A DNA stretch of 64,000 nt from a virus, in the IMG/VR virus record IMGVR_UViG_2029527005_000007, positions 10,046 through 74,045 of that record. One strand, written 5' to 3'. This document shows, in pieces, positions 48,050 through 57,291 of this stretch. Within the stretch, counting starts at the first letter, position 1. The number at the start of each line of letters is the position of its first letter. The notes under the pieces are model-generated. The model had not been told where the DNA came from. It ran no database searches and worked only from the letters and a program-made list of their open reading frames with translations. The position numbers and the translations under genes are program-made.

Positions 48050-48580
48050 ATGTCGAACCTCAACGAACAACCGATTCTTAGCTACAACGAACAGCAAGTC
48101 CTGAACCAGAAGATCAGCTCATTCCTCAACGTCTTCTTTGGCGGACTGCAACAGAACCAACAAGCATTCGTGCTGCGCACGCCAATCGGCATGTTCCCTG
48201 TGACCGGTGAGTCTTTTGATTTCGATGCACACACCTATCTGGTGCTGGAGCCTGAGAAACAAGCAGGCGTAGAAGAGATCACTGCGGTGGACGATACCGT
48301 TGTCTTCCACACCGGCGATGAAATACTATGTATTCAGAAATTAAAAGGCGCCGAGCATTACTACGGGTTCCGCATGGAGCCGACTCGTTCTGTTGATTCA
48401 GAATGGTTGTCAGCTCTTCAGCTGCTCGTGACTTATGCGATGATCGCTTTGAAAGGCCGAGCGCGTAATACGCTCATTACCTATCAAAATGCTGGTTACA
48501 AAATCATTCCCGTCTCGCCGATAGTACTGGAAGATAAATACAACCCAATGTTCAAACGCGCAAAACTCATCCTCGCCTAA
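48050..48580 (+). CDS. Hypothetical protein
   Basis: In-frame ATG downstream of the terminator (the track start at 47990 abuts the terminator tail). Confidence 0.65.
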   Translation: MSNLNEQPILSYNEQQVLNQKISSFLNVFFGGLQQNQQAFVLRTPIGMFPVTGESFDFDAHTYLVLEPEKQAGVEEITAVDDTVVFHTGDEILCIQKLKGAEHYYGFRMEPTRSVDSEWLSALQLLVTYAMIALKGRARNTLITYQNAGYKIIPVSPIVLEDKYNPMFKRAKLILA

Positions 48581-48584
48581 TTCA

Positions 48585-48630
48585 ATAAGTGTTCCCCGCC
48601 AAGGGAACACTTATGATATACGTTTCTTTT
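48585..48630 (+). terminator. Stem-loop/terminator
   Basis: ATAAGTGTTCCC-CGCCAA-GGGAACACTTAT. Confidence 0.6.
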
Positions 48631-48682
48631 TTTGTTTTTACTGGAAAGGCTATTAGTTAGAACTATTCATGAGGTATTAACT

Positions 48683-49285
48683 ATGGAAGAACGTTTTAGT
48701 AACGAAGTCATCGACATCGTTAGTGCCGCGCTGAATAAAGCCCGCACAGCCCCGCTTGATCATCCTGATATGCCGTTCAGAGCAAAGATCAAAGTTGAAC
48801 AAGCCAAGATACAATACAAGATCAAAGACCACCAACCCCCGCTTAATGATCACTCTTGGACGGTTGACTTCATTGAAGAGATAAGAACTTCTCGCGAATT
48901 CTACGAAGCCTACATCGACTGTTGTAGGCGTTTCAAGAAGAAACCCGCTGAACCGCACTATGTTAAAACGCTGTTGACCATCCAGTTCCTTCAGGGCATC
49001 ATGCAGAAAGCTTGGCCCGATACCAGCTTTCAAGTTCACGTTAGTGGTGTGCATGCCGCAACCAAAGGAAACTTTGCTACGTCAACGATCATTGGTCGGT
49101 TCATTATCGGTCGTCGACCACGTCGCCTCTCATTCTTGATGGATGGTCGCGTAGAACTGTCAGAGGCCATGGAAGAAGTTTTGGCTGAATACGGGAGCGC
49201 GCTTTCTCTTATGCAGTCAGGTGAAACCACTAACCTCGTCATCCCGTATGCGGGCTTTTTGGACTATGCAGTTAATTATATGTGA
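48683..49285 (+). CDS. Hypothetical protein
   Basis: GAGGT RBS before ATG 48683. Confidence 0.7.
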   Translation: MEERFSNEVIDIVSAALNKARTAPLDHPDMPFRAKIKVEQAKIQYKIKDHQPPLNDHSWTVDFIEEIRTSREFYEAYIDCCRRFKKKPAEPHYVKTLLTIQFLQGIMQKAWPDTSFQVHVSGVHAATKGNFATSTIIGRFIIGRRPRRLSFLMDGRVELSEAMEEVLAEYGSALSLMQSGETTNLVIPYAGFLDYAVNYM

Positions 49286-49438
49286 TTGAGCACCCTTACC
49301 GCGCGCTAAATCATTACTACCCATTATCTACTTTGTACAAGTCATCCCTTTAGATGATCGGGCGGGAGACAAACGCTGCTTATGTCTCTCGCTCTTTTTT
49401 ATTAGGTAATAGTAGTAGTTAGTATATTATGTTTCTCT

Positions 49439-49515
49439 TGCTCCATAGCTCAAATAGGTCGAGCGGCGCACTGTTAATGCGTAGGTTACTGGTTCGAGTC
49501 CAGTTGGAGCAGCCA
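49439..49515 (+). tRNA. tRNA-Asn (GTT)
   Basis: Acceptor TGCTCCA/TGGAGCA; anticodon arm GCGCA-CTGTTAA-TGCGT; T-loop GGTTCGAGTCC; encoded CCA. Confidence 0.93.
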
Positions 49516-49586
49516 CATTATGGAAAGGTCGCAGGCAACACGCCTGGGTGTTAACCTCAGTCTGCGGCATTTCCGCCCGATTATAT

Positions 49587-49676
49587 AGAGAGTTGGATGA
49601 GAGGCTTAAGTCGCTTCCCTGCTAAGGAAGTGTGGGATTAGTTCCACCGAGGGTTCGAATCCCTCACTCTCTGCCA
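49587..49676 (+). tRNA. tRNA-Ser (GCT)
   Basis: Acceptor AGAGAGT/ACTCTCT; anticodon arm CTTCC-CTGCTAA-GGAAG; long variable arm; GGTTCGAATCC; encoded CCA. Confidence 0.93.
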
Positions 49677-49697
49677 CATTAACGATAACGAGATATT

Positions 49698-49949
49698 ATG
49701 AAAGTCACTATCTACGGTAAAGAAGGTTGTGCGTTCTGCACTCGTGCTAAAGACCTGTGTCAGGAAAAAGCCATTGAGCACGAATATATCGACTTCATTG
49801 CAGCTGGCATGAACAAAGCTGATCTGGAAGCCGTCGTTGGTAAACCGGTTAGCACCGTTCCGCAGATCTTCGTAGATGGCGCACATATCGGCGGTTACGT
49901 TGAGCTGGCAAGCCTGGTAGCAAAACAGCAGCCGCAGGCAGCTGAGTAA
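49698..49949 (+). CDS. grx: Glutaredoxin
   Basis: GKEGCAFC active site, TVPQIFVDG..IGGY. Confidence 0.92.
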   Translation: MKVTIYGKEGCAFCTRAKDLCQEKAIEHEYIDFIAAGMNKADLEAVVGKPVSTVPQIFVDGAHIGGYVELASLVAKQQPQAAE

Positions 49950-50473
49950 TAATATGTATTTCTAGAACACTTCAATTCAAGATAAAGCGCGTACTGGCAA
50001 ATGCCACTGCAATTTGTACGGGCTACCCCTTGACGCTCATTTGAGTGGGTTCGGGTTATTGTTATTTGCGACGGTGAATTAACGATTCACAGTTTTTGAT
50101 TAACAGCCGATCTTATCGCACAGTTACTGATGAGGTTTCTTCGCTGTCGCAAACCCTATTACTTCTCCCGAAGTGATAAACTCCTTGCCTATCGGTCCGC
50201 GTAGGTCAAACAAGGATAGAATACGGGAATGGGAACTTTCACGCCCATGGCCCCAGCGGACACTATTATTTTTTACTGCAATACCAACATTTATGTAGAC
50301 AGCTGTACGTTAAGTAACTCAAATACTTACCGAACCACTGTCCCAAGTGTTTCAGCGAGTACTTTTTCACTATCCCTGCGCGAACGGGATAATACGGATT
50401 GTTATCCCATTCGATTTTATCGCGCAAAAGAATTTCAACTCTGTATTATTAAGGTGTAATGAACAAACCATTT

Positions 50474-50698
50474 TGATGGATGTCCTGTGGTCGCCCTGGC
50501 GACATGAGGTTCGGTAACAGGCGGCTCCTGCTGAGCGGCACGCGGCCTGAGCCGATCTACTAAGCGATCCCTGAGCTGGGGGTGCGATTGCCTATTGAGA
50601 GCGAATCGCATATGCGGAAGGGTAGAAGAACACTGCGGCGAGCGCCGCTGTTGAGGGTGTTCTCCCAGACTGCTAGGGCGACCTCAGGACCTTCATTG
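50474..50698. ncRNA. Candidate multibranch structured ncRNA (unidentified)
   Basis: About 25-bp closing helix plus several internal hairpins, GC-rich, no ORF. Confidence 0.55.
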
Positions 50699-51017
50699 AA
50701 AGTTCATTATCTCTCTCAAAGATAATAACAGAGTGGAATAAGGATGTTCCACAATGTTTCCAACTCACTAAAGGTAAATATGTTTTTCATAGCTTATTTA
50801 CCCTTACTGGGTAAATTTCAGTTGACGGAACAAACGATGTTCAATCTCGTGATCGCTGCGATACGAGGTTACATTATAACAGAACCTTCCAACGAGTACT
50901 CCCCAGGCTCGGAAGTCATTGCAGAACCATTCGCGCCGAAGCGAAGATCCCAAATAGCGTGGCAGCACGCCATATGGGGTTTCCGATAGATGTGCTGACT
51001 GGGGATTATAAGTTACC

Positions 51018-51060
51018 GCCTGACCGCCAAAGGCGAGTCAGGCACAACTTCTTATTTTTT
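51018..51060 (+). terminator. Terminator closing the tRNA/ncRNA region
   Basis: GCCTGAC-CGCC-AAA-GGCG-A-GTCAGGC then a T-rich tail. Confidence 0.6.
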
Positions 51061-51102
51061 GTCTTTTTAAATAATCTTTAAATCACTGTTATTTTTTCAA
51101 GT

Positions 51103-51120
51103 CTATATTACTTAGGTGAA
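51103..51120 (+). promoter_or_regulatory. Putative early promoter of phuZ
   Basis: CTATATTACTTAGGTGAA. Confidence 0.7.
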
Positions 51121-51170
51121 TGTAGTACAATAATCGTAACTTAAAGCTTTATTAACAACGGAGTAGTAAC

Positions 51171-52151
51171 ATGTCTGAACTTATGGTCATTGGTTGTGGC
51201 GGTACTGGTATCAACATCATGAAAGATGTGATCGATGCTCCCGGAACTCGCATTCTGAAAGAAGCGAAGTACCTGGCATTCGACAGTTCCGACAGCAACA
51301 GTTCTGATGGTAAATTCGAAGTGCTGCACATGAACTCGGCCAAGAACCCGGGTCAGAAAGCTCAGGGGTCTGGTAAAGATGTCACGCTGAACTTTGAAAA
51401 CCACGCGCCGTTCATTGCGGAGTCGTTCAAAGTTCACAAGCCGGGCAAGTTCTGTATTGTAATCATGTCGGCCGCTGGCGGTACCGGTTCTGGTCAGGGC
51501 TTTGCTGTTCTGCGTTATCTGCTGAGTCGCGGCATTCCTACCGTGGGCCTGTTCGTACTGGATCACACCTCTTTGGTTGAGCGTCGTAACTCTACCAAGA
51601 TCATGGTGTCGATCTCTAACCAGGTGCAAGAACGTTTCCTGGGTAAAGTCATTCCTCACATCCGTATCGTGAACGATGACCGCACCCGTCGTGAAATCAA
51701 CGACGAAGCGATCCTGAACCTGAACTACGTCAGCCTGTTCCTGACCGAGTCCAACGAAGAGCTGGACTTCGAAGATATTGCCAACGCACTGCAATACTCT
51801 AAAGTCACTGGCCTGCCGCCGGCGCTGTCTGAAATCAACTTCCTCACTGACGACGCAGTTACCAGCTACAACGGTAAACCGCCGGTGTCATTCTGCTCGA
51901 TCTTCGATCATCGCGACAACGCACGTCCACTGTTCAAAGACTCTGCGTACCGCGCGACCGGTGTTATCAATCCGGACAACAACCCGCCGAACGCCAAGAC
52001 CATCGTCATGATGCTGGATCACGGCGAAGCGGTTGAAAAACTGGAAGTGGAAATGGAAGAGCTGGAAGCTACCCAGCAGAAAGCGAAGTCTTCCTTTATT
52101 AAGCAGAAAGACCTGTCGTCTAATGCTGATGAAAGCGGTTTCGACTTCTAA
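51171..52151 (+). CDS. phuZ: Phage tubulin PhuZ
   Basis: IGCGGTGINI, tubulin signature AAGGTGSG, NDEA T7 loop, acidic-aromatic C-terminal tail. Confidence 0.92.
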   Translation: MSELMVIGCGGTGINIMKDVIDAPGTRILKEAKYLAFDSSDSNSSDGKFEVLHMNSAKNPGQKAQGSGKDVTLNFENHAPFIAESFKVHKPGKFCIVIMSAAGGTGSGQGFAVLRYLLSRGIPTVGLFVLDHTSLVERRNSTKIMVSISNQVQERFLGKVIPHIRIVNDDRTRREINDEAILNLNYVSLFLTESNEELDFEDIANALQYSKVTGLPPALSEINFLTDDAVTSYNGKPPVSFCSIFDHRDNARPLFKDSAYRATGVINPDNNPPNAKTIVMMLDHGEAVEKLEVEMEELEATQQKAKSSFIKQKDLSSNADESGFDF

Positions 52152-52173
52152 GTAATAAAACACTAAAATGAAT

Positions 52174-52210
52174 ATACTACTAGGGGAAACCCTAGTAGTA
52201 TTATTTTTTT
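52174..52210 (+). terminator. Intrinsic terminator
   Basis: ATACTACTAGGG-GAAA-CCCTAGTAGTAT-TATTTTTT. Confidence 0.8.
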
Positions 52211-52231
52211 CTTTCAAATGAGGTCATTAAC

Positions 52232-52525
52232 GTGTCTAGATCGTTCATTGTTGAATTATCTCGGTTGGGTCCAGGTGATCCTATGAGTCAATCAGATAAA
52301 CCCTTAGAACGTGACAGGCAGCGTTTTCTGTTGTGCCGGGGTTTAGAAGATTTAGGTTTTTCTATTGAAAACAATGTATCCATGGGAATGTTGACGCCAA
52401 ACGAAGAGTTGGTGCTTAATTCTTTATCCGATACGTTGGCTAATAAAGCTTTGGGCGTACCAGCCGACGCGCTTGTGCGCATCACTCCTTTGGGTAATAC
52501 CTTCAGGGTCTTGTTTTTATTCTAA
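52232..52525 (+). CDS. Hypothetical protein
   Basis: 97 aa, GAGGT RBS, GTG start. Confidence 0.55.
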   Translation: MSRSFIVELSRLGPGDPMSQSDKPLERDRQRFLLCRGLEDLGFSIENNVSMGMLTPNEELVLNSLSDTLANKALGVPADALVRITPLGNTFRVLFLF

Positions 52526-52540
52526 GAGGCTTTACCATAC

Positions 52541-53068
52541 ATGTTGCATCCCATTCACACCATCGACCTCCTTTATTACAAAAAGATGTTTGCCTATCTT
52601 AATAACAAAGCAAACGTTGATAAAGAAGAGGACCAAGAACTCAGTCCGCAATTTGTAATGTCGTTTGTCGAACGCGCCTTTGCGTTTGTTGAGGAAGTCT
52701 ATAACAGCAGCAACACGTTCCACCTCGATGGCTTGCAGCAAGTTATCGCGGAAACTGGATTCGTGGGTGAGTTGGTTGATTACGTTGAGATCGAAATTGC
52801 TAAGCTTCGGGAGAAAACGCTTCATGCAGGTTGGGATCCACGTATCAAAATCAAAGTCACCGAACGCCGCATTGCTTCTGCTCAACAGATATTAATGTAC
52901 AGCATGGATCTGGACGCAACGCACGAGGCGATGACAGAAGAACCAGTCGTAGAAGTTTATGACAGTGCCTTCACTGATAAAGACATTATCGACAACCCAA
53001 GCGTGGACCAAATCAATGACTGGTTCGACAGAGAACTACAATCCAAGAAGGCTACAAAAGACACTTGA
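52541..53068 (+). CDS. Hypothetical protein
   Basis: 175 aa in the phuZ-DNA polymerase block. Confidence 0.7.
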   Translation: MLHPIHTIDLLYYKKMFAYLNNKANVDKEEDQELSPQFVMSFVERAFAFVEEVYNSSNTFHLDGLQQVIAETGFVGELVDYVEIEIAKLREKTLHAGWDPRIKIKVTERRIASAQQILMYSMDLDATHEAMTEEPVVEVYDSAFTDKDIIDNPSVDQINDWFDRELQSKKATKDT

Positions 53069-53411
53069 CCTTCGCTCGTTCGACAGCGTAATTGAGAACG
53101 AATTAGCTAGACGCATTCCATTTAGTCTGGGGGAAACACGGTCAATTTATTTCATGCCGGCTATCTACCAGCGATTGGCCAACGAGCTTTCCTATTATAA
53201 AGGAACGTTCTACTGCAAGCAGCGTTACGACACCAAAGCTTTCCGCACGGCTTACCAACACGAAGATCAAGAAGAAATTATTGATGAACTGGGTTGTGAA
53301 TTAAGTATGCGTTTGTGTGCTTTGTTAGGCGTAACACGACTGCAGTACGGTGTGCGAATTGAATTCATAACGCATAACCAATGGCTGATTAACTACATCG
53401 AGGAGCACTGA
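53016..53411 (+). CDS. Hypothetical protein (start uncertain)
   Basis: Fills the gap; stop/start coupled (TGATG) to the next gene. Confidence 0.55.
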   Translation: MTGSTENYNPRRLQKTLDLRSFDSVIENELARRIPFSLGETRSIYFMPAIYQRLANELSYYKGTFYCKQRYDTKAFRTAYQHEDQEEIIDELGCELSMRLCALLGVTRLQYGVRIEFITHNQWLINYIEEH

Positions 53412-53716
53412 TGATTACTCAAAACCTGTATGTTGGCAACTTGATCTCTGCCATCAATCAGTTTACAGACGTAGGAGATGACGTCTGCGAGTGGGGCGAA
53501 TGGATGGTGAGTTATGCAGTGGACTGCGCGATATCCAACAAGATCCCTGACTACCGTGAAAAACTCATCGGTATTGCGGGTGAAGAGTTCGCTGATGAAA
53601 TTCTTTCTGACCACATGCGTGATTTCCGCCGCATTGAACTTGCTGTTCGTAACTTGAAAGATGATTTCTTTGATTATAGCGTAACGTCCCTCGGCGTTAA
53701 CTTCGTAGGACATTAA
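53411..53716 (+). CDS. Hypothetical protein
   Basis: 101 aa, GAGGAG RBS. Confidence 0.7.
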   Translation: MITQNLYVGNLISAINQFTDVGDDVCEWGEWMVSYAVDCAISNKIPDYREKLIGIAGEEFADEILSDHMRDFRRIELAVRNLKDDFFDYSVTSLGVNFVGH

Positions 53717-53717
53717 C

Positions 53718-54020
53718 ATGCAAAACCGACTGGTTTCTGTTCTTAACCTGGTTCGTGACCTGAACCTGGCACTGGGTGACAATACCGGTGAAGAAATCCT
53801 CTGCAACTTAGTAGGGGAAATGGTGCACAGTCGCAACGTCGATCTGGACGCCTACTTCAAAAAGGTGTTTGAAACCGAATGGGTTCGCCACAAAGTTCTG
53901 ATGGATCTGCGTCCACGTTTAAATACGTTGGCGTATCAGATCAATGTGATGAAAGATAAATTTACTGTAAATTCATATAGTGTCAGCAATTTAGGAGCAA
54001 CGTTCTATGGCGAGCAATAA
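53718..54020 (+). CDS. Hypothetical protein
   Basis: 100 aa, AGGA RBS. Confidence 0.7.
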   Translation: MQNRLVSVLNLVRDLNLALGDNTGEEILCNLVGEMVHSRNVDLDAYFKKVFETEWVRHKVLMDLRPRLNTLAYQINVMKDKFTVNSYSVSNLGATFYGEQ

Positions 54021-54324
54021 AAAGCGACATGACATTACTGTCGCCTTCCCTGTTAACACCAACCTCGAAGATTTCGTTTTCCACTATGCTGCGCTGTTTG
54101 CTGCCCATGGTGTGAAACACAATCTGCCGGCCTGCACCAGTCCGCACACTCGACTCACCAATGCGGTGAAAGAGTCACAGGATCGTTTACTGCGCGACTT
54201 CCAAATGGTGAACGATCGTCTGTACCAGTGGAAGAACGAAGTGCACCTCAATGGTGACATCGAAGTAGTCGAAATGAAGGTGACAGGCAATTCTGTGCGA
54301 ATCAGTTTCAACATCGGAAAATAA
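54007..54324 (+). CDS. Hypothetical protein
   Basis: 105 aa, AGGAG RBS. Confidence 0.7.
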   Translation: MASNKKRHDITVAFPVNTNLEDFVFHYAALFAAHGVKHNLPACTSPHTRLTNAVKESQDRLLRDFQMVNDRLYQWKNEVHLNGDIEVVEMKVTGNSVRISFNIGK

Positions 54325-54327
54325 GCC

Positions 54328-54663
54328 ATGCAATACACGCTCCTTAACGACACCAAGCTGTGTTACTTAAAGCTGTGGGAGTTGCTTAAAGATGACGACG
54401 CTTTTGTGGATACTCCGGTTGTGTCCGTTAAGGAAGAGTGGTTTTACCAGAAACTCGACATGGCAATTGAACGTGCCATGAATCACGGTGAGTCGTCTCC
54501 GTTGTATGAGGCGATTCTCATGCCAGTGCAACATCTGGCAGAAAGTGACTCGGTGCTGGTAGAACCCACGTTATCTTTGCAGCTTGCCTATTCGTTGGAT
54601 ATCGGTGATCAGGTAATCAACCTTCCCTATATTCGCTACAACATCACCCTCATCGTTAAATAG
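54328..54663 (+). CDS. Hypothetical protein
   Basis: 111 aa, tightly packed in the operon. Confidence 0.65.
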   Translation: MQYTLLNDTKLCYLKLWELLKDDDAFVDTPVVSVKEEWFYQKLDMAIERAMNHGESSPLYEAILMPVQHLAESDSVLVEPTLSLQLAYSLDIGDQVINLPYIRYNITLIVK

Positions 54664-54671
54664 GAGCTCCA

Positions 54672-55088
54672 ATGATCACCGTAAATGAAGGTGACATCGT
54701 TGACTTCAGTTTGATGACCGACACAATTCTGGGAGGTAAGCGCACGGGTGTTACTGTGACAGCCCCTCCCATGAGTTACAGTGCGGCATCCAGACTGGAT
54801 CCCAACCTGAACAACAAGCACAAAAACATGTTTCCCTTCTTTCGTGAAAAGGTAGACAATGTTGATGATCCGGCGAAGTACAAATACTTTGCGGTAGAGA
54901 ACGCCAATGGCACGATGGAGGTTATCGGCGTGCCGTGGGTAATGGATACTACCTACAAACCTATTCTCACACGTGAGGTCACTTATGTGATTCACAACTT
55001 CCGTGAAGAATGGCGTTCGACCATCGAGACGATGTACAAAAACCTCGGTGCGACATTTACCTCACTCGATAACACGGATGTAAAATAA
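54672..55088 (+). CDS. Conserved hypothetical protein upstream of the DNA polymerase (gp49-like position)
   Basis: 138 aa, AGGAG RBS, IGVPWV motif. Confidence 0.65.
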   Translation: MITVNEGDIVDFSLMTDTILGGKRTGVTVTAPPMSYSAASRLDPNLNNKHKNMFPFFREKVDNVDDPAKYKYFAVENANGTMEVIGVPWVMDTTYKPILTREVTYVIHNFREEWRSTIETMYKNLGATFTSLDNTDVK

Positions 55089-55100
55089 AGGTAAATTATT

Positions 55101-55140
55101 ACTGCTATTCCCATGGTAGGGAATAGCAGTTTAACTTTTA
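55101..55140 (+). terminator. Intrinsic terminator
   Basis: ACTGCTATTCCC-ATGGTA-GGGAATAGCAGT-TT. Confidence 0.7.
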
Positions 55141-55160
55141 TTTTTTTCTCTGAGGTATTT

Positions 55161-57242
55161 GTGGAAACGACAATTAATCCATTTAAAAATGCCGACTATA
55201 CCGCAGACCGAGATTTTCTTAAGTTCTACCATGAGCAAATAGCGTACTACCTTTCACATCATTATAAGACCTCATCGGCCAAGATGTTGAAGTGGGTGAA
55301 GCATGTTTTCAAGGTAAATCAGAACGGCTTTAATGAAGTTAAATTTAAAGTATTAGAGAAAAACAAATACGGCGACCGTGAAGTCAAAATCAAAGGTGCG
55401 CGAGAATTCTTCGCGGGTGTAGAGGAAAAGAACTTACACCTTAGCCCCTCGTTTGTAGGTTATACTAACTACGACGAATGTCCGTCAGTCAACGCCCTGG
55501 GTACCGAGAAGTACATTGCAGATCGCGGCAAATATAAGAAGCTGCGTAGCAAGGCCAGTCTTGAGAAAGACGACTACGGTTATAAAACGTATAACGAAAT
55601 CCAGAACGCCTTGAAGATCTTTAACAACGCGCAGTCTGGAGCGATGTCATCAAACGGGACACCGATTCGTAACAAGTCGGGACACACTACGTTAACCAGT
55701 ACCTGTCGTACGGTAACGTCAACCGTGAACTTAATGAACGAGCGTCTGTTGAACGGCAACCGACTCTTCATTAACTATAAGAAAACATTGCAGCACATGG
55801 TGGCAGTGCTACGATCAACGGACTTCCCGAAACTGCTTGCGACAATGGAGCGGTTGAAGATGGTTCACGCCACCGTAGATCAGGTTATGGATATGATCTA
55901 CCGTTGCACCAAGTATTATTGGAGCAACAAAGAGAACTACGCCAAGCTGCGTGAATTCGTGGAGATGTTGAATCCCGAAGAGCGTACCGCGGTTCTGTGT
56001 ATCGGTGACTTGCAAGGTTTGTTCGTCACTAACCACAATGTAATTCGTGAGTTCCTGGATGACTGGATGAAGGTTCCAGAGATTCCAGAAGGGAAAACCA
56101 AAGACGACTTCATTGCGCCGTCTGATGGTGACTACTACACGCTGTGTATCACGAAGATCGGACAGGAAAGTTCTAAGCTTGAACTCAATGCGTTGAACCA
56201 ATATCATCTCGACGTTGAGAAGAAGTGGTTTGACTTTATTGAAGTGTTCTTCAAAACCAAAACAGCGGTGAGTGATGTTTACTCCGTGACTGAGATGGTG
56301 CGTGAAGCAGTGCTGACCTCAGATACCGACTCCTCTATTTATAGTGCGGACGATATCTGTAATATGTACGGCGGAACGCCAGAAGCCATGATCAAACTGA
56401 ACGGTGTGTTGACGTACTTTATTCGCCTGATGGCGATTCATCAGCACGCACAGCTCAGCAAGAACATGAACGTTTCTGATCGTAACCTCTATAACCTGAA
56501 CATGAAGAACGAATACCTGTTCGGTTCATATGTTACCACGCTGATGTCCAAACACTACTATGCAACTCAGCTGATGCAAGAAGGTGTAATGCACTCCAAG
56601 ATTAAAATGGAGATCAAGGGCGTTCACCTGCGTTCGTCAAAAGTGGCCAAGGTTATTAAAGACTTTGCTCACAAACTCATGCGCGACATTCTCGATGTGA
56701 TTTATCACAAACAGAAGATGGATCCTTCTACACTGTTGTATAATGTAGCGGAACTGGAACGTATGGTTATCGACGGCATCAACGGGGGAGATTGGGTGTG
56801 GCTCAGCAAGCAAACCATCAAAGACAAGGAAGTGTATTCCAACCCAGAAGGCAGCATCTATCAGTACCATGAGTTGTGGGAAGAAGTATTTGCTGACAAG
56901 TATGGCGCGGCACCACCAATCCCGTATGTTGGGGTTAAGGTGAGCACAGACTTGACCACGAAGGCGCGTTTGGAAGAGTACCTGGATCTGTTGGGCGATT
57001 GCGAAATCAAACATCGGTTGAAGGCGTACTTAGAGGCGAGAGGCCAGGATAAGTTAACAACGTTCTACGTTCCAGTTGACAACCTCCTGACAATTCACAC
57101 CATTCCGCAGGAGATCATTAAAGGCACAGACACCCGTCGTATCGTGAAGCAGAACTTGAAATCTGTGTACGCGGTATTGGAATCTGCGGGCTTGTATATC
57201 TCCAACAAAAACATTACTCGTCTGGTGTCCGACGAACATTAA
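55161..57242 (+). CDS. Family B DNA polymerase, polymerase part (phiKZ gp50-like, split enzyme)
   Basis: GAGGT RBS and GTG start; motif B-like KIFNNAQSG; motif C TSDTDSSIY; KGV. Confidence 0.85.
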   Translation: METTINPFKNADYTADRDFLKFYHEQIAYYLSHHYKTSSAKMLKWVKHVFKVNQNGFNEVKFKVLEKNKYGDREVKIKGAREFFAGVEEKNLHLSPSFVGYTNYDECPSVNALGTEKYIADRGKYKKLRSKASLEKDDYGYKTYNEIQNALKIFNNAQSGAMSSNGTPIRNKSGHTTLTSTCRTVTSTVNLMNERLLNGNRLFINYKKTLQHMVAVLRSTDFPKLLATMERLKMVHATVDQVMDMIYRCTKYYWSNKENYAKLREFVEMLNPEERTAVLCIGDLQGLFVTNHNVIREFLDDWMKVPEIPEGKTKDDFIAPSDGDYYTLCITKIGQESSKLELNALNQYHLDVEKKWFDFIEVFFKTKTAVSDVYSVTEMVREAVLTSDTDSSIYSADDICNMYGGTPEAMIKLNGVLTYFIRLMAIHQHAQLSKNMNVSDRNLYNLNMKNEYLFGSYVTTLMSKHYYATQLMQEGVMHSKIKMEIKGVHLRSSKVAKVIKDFAHKLMRDILDVIYHKQKMDPSTLLYNVAELERMVIDGINGGDWVWLSKQTIKDKEVYSNPEGSIYQYHELWEEVFADKYGAAPPIPYVGVKVSTDLTTKARLEEYLDLLGDCEIKHRLKAYLEARGQDKLTTFYVPVDNLLTIHTIPQEIIKGTDTRRIVKQNLKSVYAVLESAGLYISNKNITRLVSDEH

Positions 57243-57262
57243 AACAAACATAATACTATGTG

Positions 57263-57287
57263 TAGCTACTGGCATTGCCAGTAGCTA
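57263..57287. terminator. Bidirectional terminator
   Basis: TAGCTACTGGC-ATT-GCCAGTAGCTA between convergent genes. Confidence 0.7.
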
Positions 57288-57291
57288 TTAT

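Noticed and set aside
50127-50155. CTGATGAG resembling a hammerhead ribozyme core
   Set aside because: No stem II followed by GAAA (reads GCAAA) and no matching stems I/III
50474-50698. Identification as tmRNA, RNase P, SRP, 6S or group I intron
   Set aside because: No T-loop/CCA end, no P4 GAGGAAAGTCC, no SRP loop, not a single rod, and no P7 elements recognised
50229-50989. ORFs 50229-50459 and 50744-50989 as genes
   Set aside because: Weak RBS, atypical codon use, no motifs, overlap with paired stems; not formally excluded
55113-55160. Track start ATG 55113 for the DNA polymerase
   Set aside because: Lies in the terminator loop; GTG 55161 has a GAGGT RBS
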